This document shows, one piece after another, positions 18,088 to 18,629 of a stretch of DNA of 18,629 nt; positions within the stretch are counted from its first letter, which is position 1, and the number at the start of each line of letters is the position of its first letter. The notes beneath the pieces are model-generated. The model saw nothing but the letters and a program-made list of their open reading frames with translations, was not told the DNA's origin and searched no databases. Made by a program: the position numbers and the translations under genes. Source of the stretch: Octopus sinensis (Eukaryota); contig NW_021824419.1 of NCBI RefSeq assembly GCF_006345805.1, positions 1-18,629 on the forward strand. Reading direction: 5' to 3'.

Positions 18088-18629
18088 AACAATAATAATA
18101 ATAATAATAATAATAAAAAGAAGTAGAAGAAGAAGAAGAAGAAGAAGAGGAAGAATTTCCCTTTTGTATGGTAATTTATTGCACAAGAATTACACATGAA
18201 AACATATCAAACATCAGGATAAGGAACATCAACATCAAGACAAAGCACATAAATAGTGAAAAAGAAGAAGGAAGAAAAGAAGAGAAGGCGAGGAAGAAGA
18301 GGAAAGAGAAGAGAATTAGGAGGAGAAAAAGAAGGAGAAGGCAGAAGAGGAGGAAGAAGTGTAGGAGGAGGTAAAAGAGGGCAAGATGGAGGGAGAGGAG
18401 GAGGAGGAAGAAGAAGGAAAAGAAGGGAGGAGAAGGATAAAGAAGATAGAAGGAGGAGGAGGAGGAGGAAGAAAAAGAAGGCAATGAGACAGAGGAGGAA
18501 GAAGAGGGGGGAAAAGAAAGGGAGGAGGAGGATGAAAAGAAGGCAATGAAATGGAGGAGGAAGAAGAAGAAAGGGAGGAGGAGGAGGAGGAGGAGGAAGA
18601 AAAAGAAGGCAATGAGACAGAGGAGGAAG
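18088..18629. repeat. (AAT)n, (GAA)n and a GA-rich tract with 62-66-bp higher-order unit
   Basis: gcaatga anchor at 18481, 18543, 18609. Confidence 0.9.

Overview
Eukaryotic, repeat-saturated intronic or intergenic DNA, most likely from an octopus. That assignment rests on my recognition of the SINE families and microsatellite spectrum, not on a database search. It is not prokaryotic: I see no operons, rRNA, true tRNA or CRISPR. Essentially all entries in the ORF track are artefacts of microsatellites or SINEs. Most of the window is nested tRNA-derived SINEs (working labels A, B, C, D), a long palindromic MITE, a Helitron, a Helentron/HINE-like element and simple repeats. The best real gene signal is a 132-nt symmetric, single-frame-open + strand exon (5056-5187), with two weaker micro-exon candidates (12198-12208, 15757-15777). 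The most interesting signal is three short (TA)n-embedded elements carrying minimal type I hammerhead ribozyme motifs of the Penelope/retrozyme kind. One has an intact core (4775-4809, sense strand, about 250 nt upstream of the exon) and two are decayed (15126-15159, 15467-15502). Also notable: a perfect 30-bp fold-back hairpin (14932-15003), a ~43-bp minisatellite apparently amplified from a dispersed-repeat motif, inverted SINE pairs (one enclosing a micro-exon candidate), and asymmetric CpG decay between two paralogous segments. Hammerhead-bearing Penelope derivatives are a known class; whether these families are described in cephalopods I cannot check. All coordinates were read by hand and may be off by a few bases at degenerate ends.
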